In this document: positions 38,910 through 49,949 of the stretch, in pieces
Layout of the letters: every line of letters starts with the position of its first letter
Numbering within the stretch: the stretch's first letter is position 1
Assembly (NCBI GenBank): GCA_045612185.1
Contig: JAZKYO010000100.1
Location: forward strand, 13,606 to 77,605
Direction: 5' to 3'
DNA length: 64,000 nucleotides
DNA from: Eubacteriales bacterium
GTDB taxonomy: Bacteria; Bacillota; Clostridia; Oscillospirales; CAG-272
Made by a program: the position numbers and the translations under genes
Notes under the pieces: generated by a model
Seen by the model: the letters and a program-made list of their open reading frames with translations, nothing else
Databases searched by the model: none
What the model was told of the DNA's origin: nothing

Positions 38910-39719
38910 TTATAATTCTTCGTCCACCCAACCGTTTCGGGTGAACTTTTTAAACGATTTAAATCCTGCTTTTTTAGCCTTTTTGACCGCATCCTCAAAG
39001 CCTAACACCAAATAACGCGCGTCGTGCGCGTCACTTGAATAGGTCACGCTTCCGCCCATTTCTCGGATCACATTGAGAAAATAATCGTTCGGATACGCCT
39101 CCGTGCGGTATCCACGGGATATCGCGCCCGTGTTTATCTCGAATGCCGCCCCGGTAGGAACAAGCTTTTCAAGGGCTTTTTCAGCAGCCCTTATATAACG
39201 CTTATCACTTTCATCGAAAAGCTTTCCGCCCTCGTTAAACTTTGTAACCAAATCAAAATGCCCCACTATATCAAATTTGAATTTTTCGGGCATTTTCGCG
39301 AGAATCCCGTAATAGTTCTTTGCAAGCTCTATAAAGTCGCCGCCAAAATATCTGTTTGCGGCATCTATCTGCTTTTGGGCAGTGTGGTCAACGTCAATAA
39401 ACTCGCCCTCAATCTCAAAGAAATGCACCGAGCCGATGACGTAGTCATATCCCTTTGCGATAGGCGAGGTGTAATCCGCCTCCGTTCCCAAGAAAAGCTC
39501 AATATCGTTTCCGTATTTTGCCTTTACGCGTTCAAACTCAGCGCGGTACGCCTGCTCCCTTTCGGGCTTGAGACTATAAGACGAGCCCTTTACGCTGACG
39601 TAATGCTCCGAAATTCCAAAAGAGTCACAGCCGTTCTCTATTGCCGCCGCAACCATTTCAGCTATCGTGTTTTTTCCGTCACTGAATTCGGCGTGGCAAT
39701 GATAATTAAAAGGTCTCAC
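38910..39719 (-). CDS. hisJ: Histidinol-phosphatase, PHP family
   Basis: [29 protein letters not shown]; lies in the his operon. Confidence 0.85.
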   Translation of the reverse strand: MRPFNYHCHAEFSDGKNTIAEMVAAAIENGCDSFGISEHYVSVKGSSYSLKPEREQAYRAEFERVKAKYGNDIELFLGTEADYTSPIAKGYDYVIGSVHFFEIEGEFIDVDHTAQKQIDAANRYFGGDFIELAKNYYGILAKMPEKFKFDIVGHFDLVTKFNEGGKLFDESDKRYIRAAEKALEKLVPTGAAFEINTGAISRGYRTEAYPNDYFLNVIREMGGSVTYSSDAHDARYLVLGFEDAVKKAKKAGFKSFKKFTRNGWVDEEL

Positions 39720-40366
39720 TTGGTCATTTTCTCCTGTTTTACCTTATGATCTATGACGTGTCTTGAGGCAAGCTCACTCTTGATATCGTCAATGCTGATA
39801 CCCATTTGCACCATAAGCACCATTACGTGATACACAAGATCGGAGATTTCATATATGGTTTCTGCCTTATCGTCAGCCTTGCCCGCAATTATTACCTCGG
39901 TAGACTCCTCGCCCACCTTTTTGAGGATTTTATCAATTCCTTTTTCAAAGAGGTAGGTTGTATAAGAGCCCTCTTTTTTCTCAGTCTTTCTGCCCTCAAT
40001 AAGCTCCATAAGCCCGTCAAGCGAAAACTCATTAAGCGTTTCGCTGTGGAATATTTCCTCGTTAAAGCAAGAATCAGCTCCCGTGTGACATGCGGGACCG
40101 TCCTTTTGGACAAGCACGGTAAGTGCGTCACGGTCACAGTCGGCGGTTATCTTTACGATATGCTGATAGTTGCCCGAGGTCTCACCCTTGCGCCAAAGTT
40201 CCTGACGTGAACGCGACCAAAAGCAGGTCTTTCCCTCCTCCATACTGATTTTAAGGCTCTCGCGGTTCATATAAGCGAGTGTAAGAACCTTTCCGGATTT
40301 TGCATCAACCACAATGGCGGGTATAAGCCCTTTTTCATCAAATTTAAGTGTTTCTATATCAAACAT
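39716..40366 (-). CDS. hisIE: Phosphoribosyl-AMP cyclohydrolase / phosphoribosyl-ATP pyrophosphatase
   Basis: [32 protein letters not shown]. Confidence 0.96.
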   Translation of the reverse strand: MFDIETLKFDEKGLIPAIVVDAKSGKVLTLAYMNRESLKISMEEGKTCFWSRSRQELWRKGETSGNYQHIVKITADCDRDALTVLVQKDGPACHTGADSCFNEEIFHSETLNEFSLDGLMELIEGRKTEKKEGSYTTYLFEKGIDKILKKVGEESTEVIIAGKADDKAETIYEISDLVYHVMVLMVQMGISIDDIKSELASRHVIDHKVKQEKMTK

Positions 40367-40376
40367 GGTTTACCTC

Positions 40377-41135
40377 TCATATTCTCATATTTATATTATT
40401 TTCTACAAGATAACGCTTGAGTGTGGGTATCTCCACCTCGGAGTAGTGGAATATAGATGCCGCCAGACCCGCGTCAACGCCCTTTACGCTATTGAACAGG
40501 GTTACAAAGTCCTCCATTCGCCCCGCGCCGCCAGAAGCAATTACGGGCACGTCTACAAGGTCACAGACAGCGTTCAGCATTTCAAGATCGAAACCTTTTT
40601 TTACTCCGTCGGTGTCTATGCTGTTTACAACGATTTCACCCGCACCGCTATCCACGCAACGCTTTATCCATTCAAGGGCGTCCATACCGGTGTTTTCACG
40701 CCCTCCCTTGGCAAACACTCGGAAAACTCCGTCAACGCGTTTAACGTCAACCGAAAGCACCACGCATTGGTCACCGTAGCGTTTTGCCGCTTCTTCAACA
40801 AGCCCCGGATTTCTTATAGCGCCCGAATTTACGCTTACCTTATCTGCACCGCATTTAAGAACTCGGTCAAAGTCGTCAAGGGTGTTGATTCCTCCGCCTA
40901 CCGTAAGCGGAATAAATATCTTGCTTGCCACCTCGCAAAGAATATCGGTGAAGAGCTTGCGTCCATCACTTGATGCTGTAATATCATAGAAAACAAGCTC
41001 GTCAGCGCCGTTTTGGCTGTAATACTCCGCAAGCTTTACAGGCGATGAAACGTCAACAAGCCCCATAAAGTTCGTTCCCTTTACCACTCTGCCGTCCTTG
41101 ACGTCAAGGCAAGGGATTATTCTTTTCGTTACCAT
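40377..41135 (-). CDS. hisF: Imidazole glycerol phosphate synthase, cyclase subunit
   Basis: KRIIPCLDV, GADELVFYDI, IPLTVGGG, ASGGAG. Confidence 0.97.
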   Translation of the reverse strand: MVTKRIIPCLDVKDGRVVKGTNFMGLVDVSSPVKLAEYYSQNGADELVFYDITASSDGRKLFTDILCEVASKIFIPLTVGGGINTLDDFDRVLKCGADKVSVNSGAIRNPGLVEEAAKRYGDQCVVLSVDVKRVDGVFRVFAKGGRENTGMDALEWIKRCVDSGAGEIVVNSIDTDGVKKGFDLEMLNAVCDLVDVPVIASGGAGRMEDFVTLFNSVKGVDAGLAASIFHYSEVEIPTLKRYLVENNINMRI

Positions 41136-41143
41136 AGCTCCTC

Positions 41144-41854
41144 CTACTTTGCCGCTCTGATAGCATCTCTGAGGTCGATATTGCCCGTATAAATGGCTTT
41201 TCCGACAATTGCGCCGTACATTCCCATTGCCGAGAGCTTTTCTATATCCTCAACGGTAGAAACTCCGCCCGAAGCCACAAAATTCATTGTGAATCTCTCC
41301 GAAAGCCTTTTATAAAGCTCGGTATTTGTACCGCCAAGCATTCCGTCCTTTGAGATGTCGGTGCAAATTATTGTGGAAACACCGTCCTTTTGCAGTTTTT
41401 CGCAAAAGTCAAAGCATTCAAGCGTCGAAATTTCCTTCCACCCCTTAATTGCCACCATTCCGTCCTTGATATCAACTCCTACGGCAATTATTTCGCCGTA
41501 AAGCGCAAGCGCCTCTTTAAGAAACTCGGGGTCGGACACCGCCGCCGTACCTATTATAACGCGAGACACACCTGCCTCAATATAGCGTTTTACAGTCTCC
41601 AGACTGCGGATTCCGCCGCCTATCTCAACCTTTAGTCCAACTTTGGCAATTTCGGCAACCGTTGCGAAATTTGCGGTACTTCCGTCACGCGCTCCGTCAA
41701 GGTCGACAACGTGTATCCACTCTGCGCCAGATTCCTTGAATTTCTTTGCCATCTCGGGGGGACAGTCGCTGTACACCGTTACCTCGTTGTAATCGCCTTT
41801 TTTTAATCTGACGGCTTTGCCGCCAAGCAAATCTATTGCGGGAAAAATTTTCAT
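41144..41854 (-). CDS. hisA: ProFAR isomerase
   Basis: IFPAIDL, HVVDLDGA, GGGIR, TDISKDGML. Confidence 0.96.
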   Translation of the reverse strand: MKIFPAIDLLGGKAVRLKKGDYNEVTVYSDCPPEMAKKFKESGAEWIHVVDLDGARDGSTANFATVAEIAKVGLKVEIGGGIRSLETVKRYIEAGVSRVIIGTAAVSDPEFLKEALALYGEIIAVGVDIKDGMVAIKGWKEISTLECFDFCEKLQKDGVSTIICTDISKDGMLGGTNTELYKRLSERFTMNFVASGGVSTVEDIEKLSAMGMYGAIVGKAIYTGNIDLRDAIRAAK

Positions 41855-41872
41855 TTGACAATCCTTTTCACA

Positions 41873-42490
41873 TCAAAGCTCACAAAACGCCTTGAGAATT
41901 TTGAGTCCCACATCACCGCTTTTTTCGGGGTGGAACTGACAGCCGTACACGTTGCGCGAGGCAACCGCGGCTGTAAGCGGAGCGCCATACTCTGAGGTGG
42001 CGATAACCGACTCTTCGCAATAAGCTCCATAATACGAATGGACGAAGTACACAAAATCGCCCTCGTTCAAATATTTGAATATCTCGTTTTTTTCTTTGTT
42101 TTTGGGAAAATTCAGTGAGTTCCAGCCTATGTGCGGAATTTTCAAACCATCTCCGATGACCTCGGATATGGGGCGAACCTCTCCTTTGATAAGCCCAAGC
42201 CCCTTATGCTCACCGTACTCAAAGCTTTTATCAAAAAGCATTTGCATACCAAGACATATGCCGAGAATCGGCTTACCTTTTGCCGCCTCGTCACATATAA
42301 CCCTATCAAGTCCGCAATCGCGAAGCTTTTTTGCCGCGTCCTCAAATGCGCCCACACCGGGGAGCAAAATTTTGTCGGCTCTTCTAATCACGGCTTCGTC
42401 TCCGCTTACAACCGCATCCGCTCCGATTGCCGCCAGAGAGCTTTTTAGCGAGAAAAGATTTCCCACTCCGTAATCAACCACAGCTATCAT
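41873..42490 (-). CDS. hisH: Imidazole glycerol phosphate synthase, glutaminase subunit
   Basis: DYGVGNL, LPGVGAF, GICLGMQ, QFHPEKS. Confidence 0.97.
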   Translation of the reverse strand: MIAVVDYGVGNLFSLKSSLAAIGADAVVSGDEAVIRRADKILLPGVGAFEDAAKKLRDCGLDRVICDEAAKGKPILGICLGMQMLFDKSFEYGEHKGLGLIKGEVRPISEVIGDGLKIPHIGWNSLNFPKNKEKNEIFKYLNEGDFVYFVHSYYGAYCEESVIATSEYGAPLTAAVASRNVYGCQFHPEKSGDVGLKILKAFCEL

Positions 42491-43077
42491 AAAAGCACTC
42501 CTTTTGTTGAGGATACCTCTCCCGCAAACCTCGGGTCTGTTTCCACAGCCTTTGCAAGTGCTCTCGCAACGCCCTTAAATGCGCCCTCAATGATGTGGTG
42601 CGAATTCTTTCCGTCAAGCTGCTTGATATGGAGAGTGATTCCCGCGCGTCTTACAAACGCAACGAAGAACTCCTCCACAAGCTCGGTATCAAAGTCACCG
42701 ACCTTCTGCGTGGGAATATCAAGTCCATAATTAAGCACGCTTCTGCCCGAAACGTCAACCGCTACCATAACGAGCGCCTCGTCCATTGGAAGAATAATAT
42801 CACCGTAACGGATTATTCCGCGCGCCTCGCCAAGGGCCGCTTTGAAAGCGTCTCCAAGGCAGATTCCTATATCCTCGGCCGTGTGATGATAGTCGACATT
42901 TACATCCCCCACACACTTTACAGAGAGATCAAAACGCCCATGGTGCGCAAAAAGCTCAAGCATATGGTCAAGGAATCCGCAGCCTGTGTCAATCTCGCTT
43001 TTTCCGGTTCCGTCAATCTCTATTTTAAGGGCAATATCGGTTTCACCCGTTTTTCTAATAATCTCGTTATTTCTCAT
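42487..43077 (-). CDS. hisB: Imidazoleglycerol-phosphate dehydratase
   Basis: FLDHML, DYHHTAED, PMDE, NSHHIIE, STKG. Confidence 0.97.
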   Translation of the reverse strand: MRNNEIIRKTGETDIALKIEIDGTGKSEIDTGCGFLDHMLELFAHHGRFDLSVKCVGDVNVDYHHTAEDIGICLGDAFKAALGEARGIIRYGDIILPMDEALVMVAVDVSGRSVLNYGLDIPTQKVGDFDTELVEEFFVAFVRRAGITLHIKQLDGKNSHHIIEGAFKGVARALAKAVETDPRFAGEVSSTKGVLL

Positions 43078-43080
43078 AAA

Positions 43081-44136
43081 TTACTCTCCTTTAAGAATAT
43101 CCGAAACGGCGTTTACAAGGGCTTCCATCTGCTCCTTTGTACCCACGGTTATTCTCACGAAATTACTTATTCTGTCGCTTCCGAAGTATCTGACAAGGAT
43201 TCCTCTCGCTTTCAGTCTTTCGTAAAGCTCCTTGCCGCTTATGCGGTCGCTTTCGGCAAAGATGAAGTTAGCCTTTGAATCAAGCACTCTGAATCCCATA
43301 CCGCCAAGAGCCTCCGTGGCATATTCACGCGCGGCAATTACCAACTTGCAATTGTCCATGTAATATTTATTATCTCTAACAGCCGCAATTCCCGCCGCCA
43401 AGGTGAGACGGTTTATTGAATACGGGTTGGTTGAATACTTGATTTTTTCAAGGTCGGCAATAACTTCTTTATCAGCTATGGCAAATCCAAGTCTGCCACC
43501 TGCCAGCGAGCGTGATTTTGAAAAAGTTCCCACAACGAGAAGATTGCCATATTTCTTTGTAAGCTCAACACAGCTCTCACCGCCGAAATCGACGTACGCC
43601 TCGTCAACAAGCACCATATTGTCCTTGTTGCTTTTAAGTATATTCTCGATTACGTCAAGTCCCAGCGAAAGCCCCGTAGGCGCGTTGGGATTTGCGATAA
43701 CCACGTTTTTGCCGACGTTCACATAATCCTCGGGATTTATTGTGAAATCCGCGCGAAGCGGAATTTTTTTATATTCAACCCCGTAAAGCTCGGCATATAC
43801 CTTATAAAATCCGTAGGTTATATCGGGAAAAACCGCGCCGCCGTCGCAAAAGCCAAGGAAAAAGAAATTAAGAATATCGTCAGAGCCGTTCGAGACGTAG
43901 ACGTTTTCCTTTTTCACTCCGTAAAGCTTTGCAAGCTCCTCTTTAAGCACCGCACAATCGGGGTCGGGATAGAGATTAAGCTTATCGGCGTTTTCCGTCA
44001 CCGCCTCAAGCACGCCTTTTGATGGCGGAAAGGGTGATTCGTTGGTATTTAATTTTATATACTGCATGTCCTTTGGCTGTTCACCCGGAGTGTACGCCTC
44101 AAGACCCGCATACTTTTTATTGATAAATTTACTCAT
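43081..44136 (-). CDS. hisC: Histidinol-phosphate aminotransferase
   Basis: KLNTNESP, NPNAPTG, VDEAYVDF, TFSKSRSLAGGRLG. Confidence 0.95.
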   Translation of the reverse strand: MSKFINKKYAGLEAYTPGEQPKDMQYIKLNTNESPFPPSKGVLEAVTENADKLNLYPDPDCAVLKEELAKLYGVKKENVYVSNGSDDILNFFFLGFCDGGAVFPDITYGFYKVYAELYGVEYKKIPLRADFTINPEDYVNVGKNVVIANPNAPTGLSLGLDVIENILKSNKDNMVLVDEAYVDFGGESCVELTKKYGNLLVVGTFSKSRSLAGGRLGFAIADKEVIADLEKIKYSTNPYSINRLTLAAGIAAVRDNKYYMDNCKLVIAAREYATEALGGMGFRVLDSKANFIFAESDRISGKELYERLKARGILVRYFGSDRISNFVRITVGTKEQMEALVNAVSDILKGE

Positions 44137-44145
44137 TACGTCCTC

Positions 44146-45426
44146 TTATTTTTTGATATCTTTTCTGACCGTAGCGCTTCTTGCGTGTGCCGACAGCCCT
44201 TCCTTTTCGGCAAAATACGCCACGTCGTCGCACACCTTAAGAAGCGCGTCCTCAGTATAGTAGGTAAACTGCGATTTCTTTACAAAATCGTCAACCGACA
44301 GAGGGCTTGAGAAGCGAGCCGTACCGCTTGTGGGAAGCGTATGGTTAGGGCCGGCGAAATAGTCGCCAAGCGCCTCGGGGCAGTTCTTTCCGAGGAATAT
44401 TGAGCCTGCGTGCTTAACAGCGTCAAGGTAGTCAAAGGGGTTGTCAACGCAAACCTCAAGATGCTCGGGAGCGAGGCGGTTGGAAATCTCTATTGCCTCG
44501 GGAATGTCCTTCGTAATAATGATCTTTCCGTTGTTGTCAATAGAAGCTCTTGCGATTTCAGCTCTGGGAAGAAGCGCTATCTGTCTGTCAAGCTCCGCGG
44601 CAACCTCGTTTGCGAGCGTCTCGGAATCGGTAACAAGCACCGCGCTTGCAAGCTTATCGTGTTCAGCCTGCGAAAGCATATCAGCCGCTACTACGCGCGC
44701 GTCGCAGGTTTCGTCGGCAACGATGAGAATTTCGCTTGGGCCTGCTATCATATCAATAGCAACTCTGCCAAACACCTGCTTTTTAGCCTCGGCTACGAAG
44801 GCGTTACCGGGACCGACAATTTTATCTACCTTGGGAACACTCTCGGTTCCGTAAGCGAGAGCCGCCACAGCCTGAGCGCCTCCAATTTTGAAAACTCTGT
44901 CAACGCCAGCTATTTTTGCCGCTGCCAAAATCACGGGATTAACCTTTCCGTCCTTTGATGGGGGCGTTACCATAACTATCTCGGCACACCCCGCAATTTT
45001 TGCGGGAATACAGTTCATAAGCACCGATGAAGGGTAAGCCGCCGTACCTCCCGGCACGTAAAGCCCCACCTTTTCTATGGGCATTACCTTTTGTCCCTTA
45101 ACCACTCCGTTTTCTTCGGACATAACAAAGCTGTTTCTTACCTGACGTCTGTGAAAAGCCTCGATATTTACCGCCGCACGGCGGATAACGTCCTTGAACT
45201 CACCGTCCACAAGCGCCAACGCCTCGTCAAACTCAGCCTCGCTGACTTCAAGTGAGTCAAGCACCGCTTTATCAAATTTCTCGCAATATCTGTAAAGCGC
45301 CTCATCACCGTTTTTTACTACGTCGGCAATTATCTCCGAAACCACAGCCGAGGTATCAAGTCCCTTGATATCTCGAAGAAATATCTCGTTTTCGTTTACT
45401 TCGTTGTATTTGTAGATCTTAATCAT
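44146..45426 (-). CDS. hisD: Histidinol dehydrogenase
   Basis: GLYVPGG, GGAQA, IDMIAGPSE, SQAEHD, APEHLE, GPNHTLPT. Confidence 0.97.
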   Translation of the reverse strand: MIKIYKYNEVNENEIFLRDIKGLDTSAVVSEIIADVVKNGDEALYRYCEKFDKAVLDSLEVSEAEFDEALALVDGEFKDVIRRAAVNIEAFHRRQVRNSFVMSEENGVVKGQKVMPIEKVGLYVPGGTAAYPSSVLMNCIPAKIAGCAEIVMVTPPSKDGKVNPVILAAAKIAGVDRVFKIGGAQAVAALAYGTESVPKVDKIVGPGNAFVAEAKKQVFGRVAIDMIAGPSEILIVADETCDARVVAADMLSQAEHDKLASAVLVTDSETLANEVAAELDRQIALLPRAEIARASIDNNGKIIITKDIPEAIEISNRLAPEHLEVCVDNPFDYLDAVKHAGSIFLGKNCPEALGDYFAGPNHTLPTSGTARFSSPLSVDDFVKKSQFTYYTEDALLKVCDDVAYFAEKEGLSAHARSATVRKDIKK

Positions 45427-46064
45427 TGTTTTTTCTTTTCCTCTGCTCTGCAATATTCCTCTACCTTTTCGCAAAGCGCGCTGATTTCGGAATTTTTGAA
45501 TTTATAGCTTGCCTTATTGGCAATAAGTCTCGCGCTGATGGGCACGATAGTTTCAATTGGCTCAAGATTGTTCTCAAGCAAGGTCTTTCCGGTTTCTACT
45601 ATATCCACGATAACGTCGGAAAGTCCGAGTATGGGCGCAAGCTCTATTGAGCCGTTGAGCTTGATTATATCAATAATTCTGCTCTTTTGAGCGTAGTAAG
45701 TCTTTGCGATCCGCGTAAATTTTGTAGCTACACGGAGAGTTTTTTGCGGGTCGTCCCTGAAATCCTTTTTAGCGGCAACCGCCATACGGCACTTGCCCAT
45801 TCCAAGGTCGCAAAGCTCGTAAACGTCGGGCTCGTACTCAAGCAAAATATCTTTGCCCGCTACGCCTATATCCGCCGCTCCCCTCTCGACGTAAATGGCA
45901 ACGTCCGAAGGCTTTACCCAGAAATATCTTACTCCTGCTTCCTCATTTTCGAAAATAAGCTTTCGGTTTTCCTCGCGAATAGAGGGGCATTCATAGCCCG
46001 CCGCCGCGAATATATCATACACCTTCTCGCCAAGTCTGCCCTTGGGGAGAGCCACATTAATCAT
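45423..46064 (-). CDS. hisG: ATP phosphoribosyltransferase (short form)
   Basis: ALPKGRL, RVATKF, GSIELAP, IVDIVETGKTL. Confidence 0.96.
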   Translation of the reverse strand: MINVALPKGRLGEKVYDIFAAAGYECPSIREENRKLIFENEEAGVRYFWVKPSDVAIYVERGAADIGVAGKDILLEYEPDVYELCDLGMGKCRMAVAAKKDFRDDPQKTLRVATKFTRIAKTYYAQKSRIIDIIKLNGSIELAPILGLSDVIVDIVETGKTLLENNLEPIETIVPISARLIANKASYKFKNSEISALCEKVEEYCRAEEKKKQ

Positions 46065-47181
46065 TGTTTTCAAGGATTTCAAAGCCTCCTCTTCTTACTG
46101 CGGCAAGCTGTCTGTACTTAACCCTGCCGTCGTTGGTCTTTTGCACCTTTACGCTCTTCCCATAGCTTGACAGCAGCTTTACCGCATCGATTATATCTTT
46201 TGCCGACGCCTCGTCATAGGTAAGAAGCACGTCAACATCAAAATATTCTCCGCTGTCGCCAAAGCGTTCAAGCAGGTCAAGATACACTGCAAAGCCTATG
46301 GCACTTGAGCTTTTGCCCATTTTTTTAAGCAGATTGTCGTAGCGCCCGCCCGAAAGCACGCCCGTGGGAATTCCGTCAATAAATCCTCGGAATATAATTC
46401 CGTTATAATAGTTCATATCGTTGACAATTGAGAAATCAAGGAACACTCTGTCCTCAAAGCCGTACACCCTGATTATCTCAACTAGTGACGCAAGCTCCTC
46501 GTACGCGCCGCGCATCTCGTCGTTGCGCACCAATGGCAAAAGCTCTCCAAGCATTTTTGAAATAGGACCGTAAAGCTTTGCGAGCTTACAGATGTCCTCG
46601 CATCCGTCCGCAGCTATTCCCGCGTTTTCGCAAAGGGAGCGGATAGAGTGAATGTTTTTATCTCCCATGAGTCTGAGAAGCTCTCTGCGAGTTATCTCAT
46701 TATCCGAAAGGCTTTCAAGAAGCGCCGAAACAAATCCGAGATGCGAAAGGTCAAGCACGTATTTTTTGCTTATCGACTCAAGGCTTTTTGCCGCCAGCAT
46801 AATAACCTCCCCCACCGAATAGGTATCGATATCACCTATGCACTCAAGACCGGTCTGCATTATTTCCTTGAACTCGCCCGAGCCCTGTGAGGTACGGTAA
46901 ACGTTCTCATTATAGTATACCTTCTGTATACTGTTCGCCTCGTCGATTGAGTTCTTTACGATAGAAAGCGTTACGTCAGGCTTAAGCGCCATAAGCTTTC
47001 CATCGGTATCGGTAAAGGTCAGCACGTTATCGCTTACAAGAAAACTCTTGTTCTGCACGTAGAGGTCGTATTCCTCGAATTTGCTGACTTTATATCTTAT
47101 ATATCCGTACTTTCGGTAAAGCTGACCCAGCCCAAACGCTGCGCGCTCACCGTTTTCAAGCACCTTTTCGTCAAATTTCAT
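46057..47181 (-). CDS. hisZ: ATP phosphoribosyltransferase regulatory subunit
   Basis: HisRS-like LKPDVT, QTGLECIG, YYNGIIF, GGRYD, AIGFA; precedes short hisG. Confidence 0.92.
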   Translation of the reverse strand: MKFDEKVLENGERAAFGLGQLYRKYGYIRYKVSKFEEYDLYVQNKSFLVSDNVLTFTDTDGKLMALKPDVTLSIVKNSIDEANSIQKVYYNENVYRTSQGSGEFKEIMQTGLECIGDIDTYSVGEVIMLAAKSLESISKKYVLDLSHLGFVSALLESLSDNEITRRELLRLMGDKNIHSIRSLCENAGIAADGCEDICKLAKLYGPISKMLGELLPLVRNDEMRGAYEELASLVEIIRVYGFEDRVFLDFSIVNDMNYYNGIIFRGFIDGIPTGVLSGGRYDNLLKKMGKSSSAIGFAVYLDLLERFGDSGEYFDVDVLLTYDEASAKDIIDAVKLLSSYGKSVKVQKTNDGRVKYRQLAAVRRGGFEILENND

Positions 47182-47193
47182 ATTACTCTCCAA

Positions 47194-47487
47194 TCAGTTC
47201 TTTTTCACAATCCGTTCAAGAACGGCTTTATAAGCGCCTGTACCGTAGCTGTAGCTTCTGTTTACTCTGCTTATAGTAGCGGTGCTTGCGCCTGTCTCCT
47301 CGGCTATTTTGTTATAAACAGCCTGCTCGGAAAGCATCTTTGCCACTACAACGCGCTGAGATATGTCAAGTATTTCCTTTGTTGTCATTATGTCCTCAAG
47401 AAAAGCCTTGCATTCTTCTTCGCTTTCAAGGCTCATTAACGCCTTCACAAGAAGGTCTACACTTTCATTGTCAAGTATATGTGCCAA
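47194..47487 (-). CDS. TrpR-like repressor (YerC/HisR family)
   Basis: FLEDIMT..E...SQR, TGASTATISRVNR; first gene of the his operon. Confidence 0.88.
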   Translation of the reverse strand: MAHILDNESVDLLVKALMSLESEEECKAFLEDIMTTKEILDISQRVVVAKMLSEQAVYNKIAEETGASTATISRVNRSYSYGTGAYKAVLERIVKKN

Positions 47488-47504
47488 TATTATTCCCTCT
47501 CTTT

Positions 47505-47550
47505 CGCTTTATCGCTTTAATATGATAACACAATAAACTGATAAAGTCAA
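47505..47550 (-). promoter_or_regulatory. his operon promoter overlapped by two HisR-like 20-bp operators
   Basis: TTGACT-17-TATCAT; boxes 47505-47524 and 47529-47548 resemble CACTTTA-N6-TAAAGTG. Confidence 0.65.
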
Positions 47551-47696
47551 GAGCTTTTGCGGATTTTTATACATATTTGTACATATAAACAAAACAACAG
47601 CAAAAAAGTGGGCAGAATAATAAAAAATGCTGATTTTTTGGAAAACTTTCGGCATAATAATATTGATAGGCAAAGATGCGGAAAGGGGGGCTATAC

Positions 47697-48815
47697 GTGA
47701 AAACCGATTGGCAAAAGCTTGCCTCAATAGGAATATGTATCACGCTGGCGTTTTTGGCTATTTTTCTGCTCGGCAAATACATGATAGCCATTTTTCTTCC
47801 CTTTATTATCGCGTGGATAATGGCATGTCTGACAAACGCCATTTCAAACGGAATTCGCACCAAAATAAAAATTCCCAAAAGGCTTTGCGCCGTTGCGGTT
47901 CTTATACTGCTTTTCGTTGCTGTCGGCTGGCTTTTATTTTTTGGCGCAAACAAGTTTTTTACCGAGATTGAAAACTTTATCGGCAGGCTTACCTCCGAGG
48001 GAGGCTCGCTTTCTCAAAGACTTTCCGAAATAGCGCAAGTATTCAACGATTTGGGCTCACACATTCCGTTAGTGAACGAATTGAAAAACAACGAGCAGTT
48101 TTTACTTGGCGGAGAAAAGATAGACGAGGTACTGATATCTTTTTTAAAGGGACTTGCCGCCGATTTGGGAACGGCGCTAACCTCTTTCGCCACTGCCGCG
48201 GTAAAGGCACTGCCTTCAATAGCCCTCTTCGTTATAATCAGCATAATCGCGTCTTTTTATTTTGCTATTGACTTTGAGACTATAAACGATTGGATATTGC
48301 GCGTTTTGCCAAAATCATTAAGACGAAAAGTACCGCGGATAAAAGCGCATACGAAATCTTTGGCGGCTCGCTATTTGAAGGCCTATTCAATCCTCATGGC
48401 TCTTACCTTTTTTGAGCTTTATATCGGGCTTGGGATAATGGGAGTGGATTACTCATTTTTGTTGGCACTCGGCATTTCTTTTCTTGATGCGCTCCCCATT
48501 TTCGGCGTGGGAACGGTGCTTATTCCATGGGCTGTTCTGTCCTTTATCACCCACGATTTCGCACTCGGCTTTGGATTGGTAATTCTTTGGGCGTTAGTAA
48601 GCGTTATAAGGCAGATTATTGAGCCGCGAATTATTGGCGGCACTATCGGACTTCACCCAATTGTCACGCTTATCGGAATGTACGTGGGATTCAGGCTTTT
48701 CAGCATTGTGGGCATGTTCCTTGCCCCTGCCGTCATAATTGCCGCAAGGACTTATTTTGGAAAAAAGGTGATAGAAAGCCCGATATCTGCTATTGACAGC
48801 GAACAAAAAAAGTGA
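47697..48815 (+). CDS. ytvI: Sporulation integral membrane protein YtvI (AI-2E family)
   Basis: FLPFIIA, DALPIFGVGTVLIPWA, RQIIEPRIIG..IGLHP. Confidence 0.88.
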   Translation: MKTDWQKLASIGICITLAFLAIFLLGKYMIAIFLPFIIAWIMACLTNAISNGIRTKIKIPKRLCAVAVLILLFVAVGWLLFFGANKFFTEIENFIGRLTSEGGSLSQRLSEIAQVFNDLGSHIPLVNELKNNEQFLLGGEKIDEVLISFLKGLAADLGTALTSFATAAVKALPSIALFVIISIIASFYFAIDFETINDWILRVLPKSLRRKVPRIKAHTKSLAARYLKAYSILMALTFFELYIGLGIMGVDYSFLLALGISFLDALPIFGVGTVLIPWAVLSFITHDFALGFGLVILWALVSVIRQIIEPRIIGGTIGLHPIVTLIGMYVGFRLFSIVGMFLAPAVIIAARTYFGKKVIESPISAIDSEQKK

Positions 48816-48849
48816 TATGATATTCTTATCCTAAAACCGAGGTAAAACA

Positions 48850-49779
48850 ATGAAAACAGCAAAAAGTATAATTGAACTTATAGGAAAAACTCCGATTTTA
48901 GAGCCCACCAATTACGAAAAGGACAACGGTGTAAACGCAACTTTACTTTGCAAGCTTGAATATCTCAATCCCGCGGGAAGCGTTAAGGACCGCGCGGCGC
49001 TTGGTATGATAGAGGCGGCAGAGGCCGAAGGCAAGCTGAAAAAAGGCTCTGTAATTATTGAGCCCACAAGCGGCAACACGGGCATAGGACTTGCCGCTAT
49101 TTCCGCTTACAAGGGCTACAAGGTTATTTTGACAATGCCCGAAACCATGAGTATTGAGCGCAGAAAGCTGCTTGCGGCATACGGTGCCGAAATTGTGCTT
49201 ACAGACGGAACAAAAGGCATGCAAGGCGCGGTAGAAAAGGCTGAAGAACTTGCGAAAAATATTGAAAACAGCTTTATTCCATCTCAGTTTGATAACCGTG
49301 AAAACGCAAACGCTCACATAAAAACAACGGGTCCCGAAATTTGGGAGGACACCGACGGAAAGGTTGACTTTTTCGTGGCGGGCGTTGGCACGGGCGGCAC
49401 GCTTACGGGAGTTGGTGAATATCTGAAATCCAAAAATCCAAACATCAAAATTGTAGCGGTTGAGCCCGAAACGTCACCGCTTTTGTCAAAGGGCTACGCG
49501 GGCGCGCACGGACTTCAGGGCATTGGAGCAAACTTTGTTCCCTCTCTGTTAAACCGCGATATTTATGACGAAATAATAACAGTTACCAACGACGAGGCGT
49601 ATACTGCTGCCCGCGCGTTGGCAAAGCGCGAGGGAATACTTGTGGGGATCACGTCGGGGGCAGCGCTTCACGCGGCAACGTGTATTGCCAAGCGCAAAGA
49701 AAATATTGGTAAAACAATTGTGGTACTTCTTCCCGACACGGGTGACAGATATTTGTCCACCCCATTGTTTGAGAATTAA
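48850..49779 (+). CDS. cysK: Cysteine synthase A
   Basis: [12 protein letters not shown]-lysine, [29 protein letters not shown]. Confidence 0.96.
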   Translation: MKTAKSIIELIGKTPILEPTNYEKDNGVNATLLCKLEYLNPAGSVKDRAALGMIEAAEAEGKLKKGSVIIEPTSGNTGIGLAAISAYKGYKVILTMPETMSIERRKLLAAYGAEIVLTDGTKGMQGAVEKAEELAKNIENSFIPSQFDNRENANAHIKTTGPEIWEDTDGKVDFFVAGVGTGGTLTGVGEYLKSKNPNIKIVAVEPETSPLLSKGYAGAHGLQGIGANFVPSLLNRDIYDEIITVTNDEAYTAARALAKREGILVGITSGAALHAATCIAKRKENIGKTIVVLLPDTGDRYLSTPLFEN

Positions 49780-49949
49780 AAAAATTTGTAATCAAACAGC
49801 CAAAGATTACAAACTTATTCAAACAATTGTGCCAAAAATTAATTTTTTTAAAACAATTATTGAAAATCGCAAAAAATCCTTGAATTTTACAAAGATTTGT
49901 AGTATAATATACTTGTTAAATAAAAATTGAAAGAAAGGAGGCCCAAACA

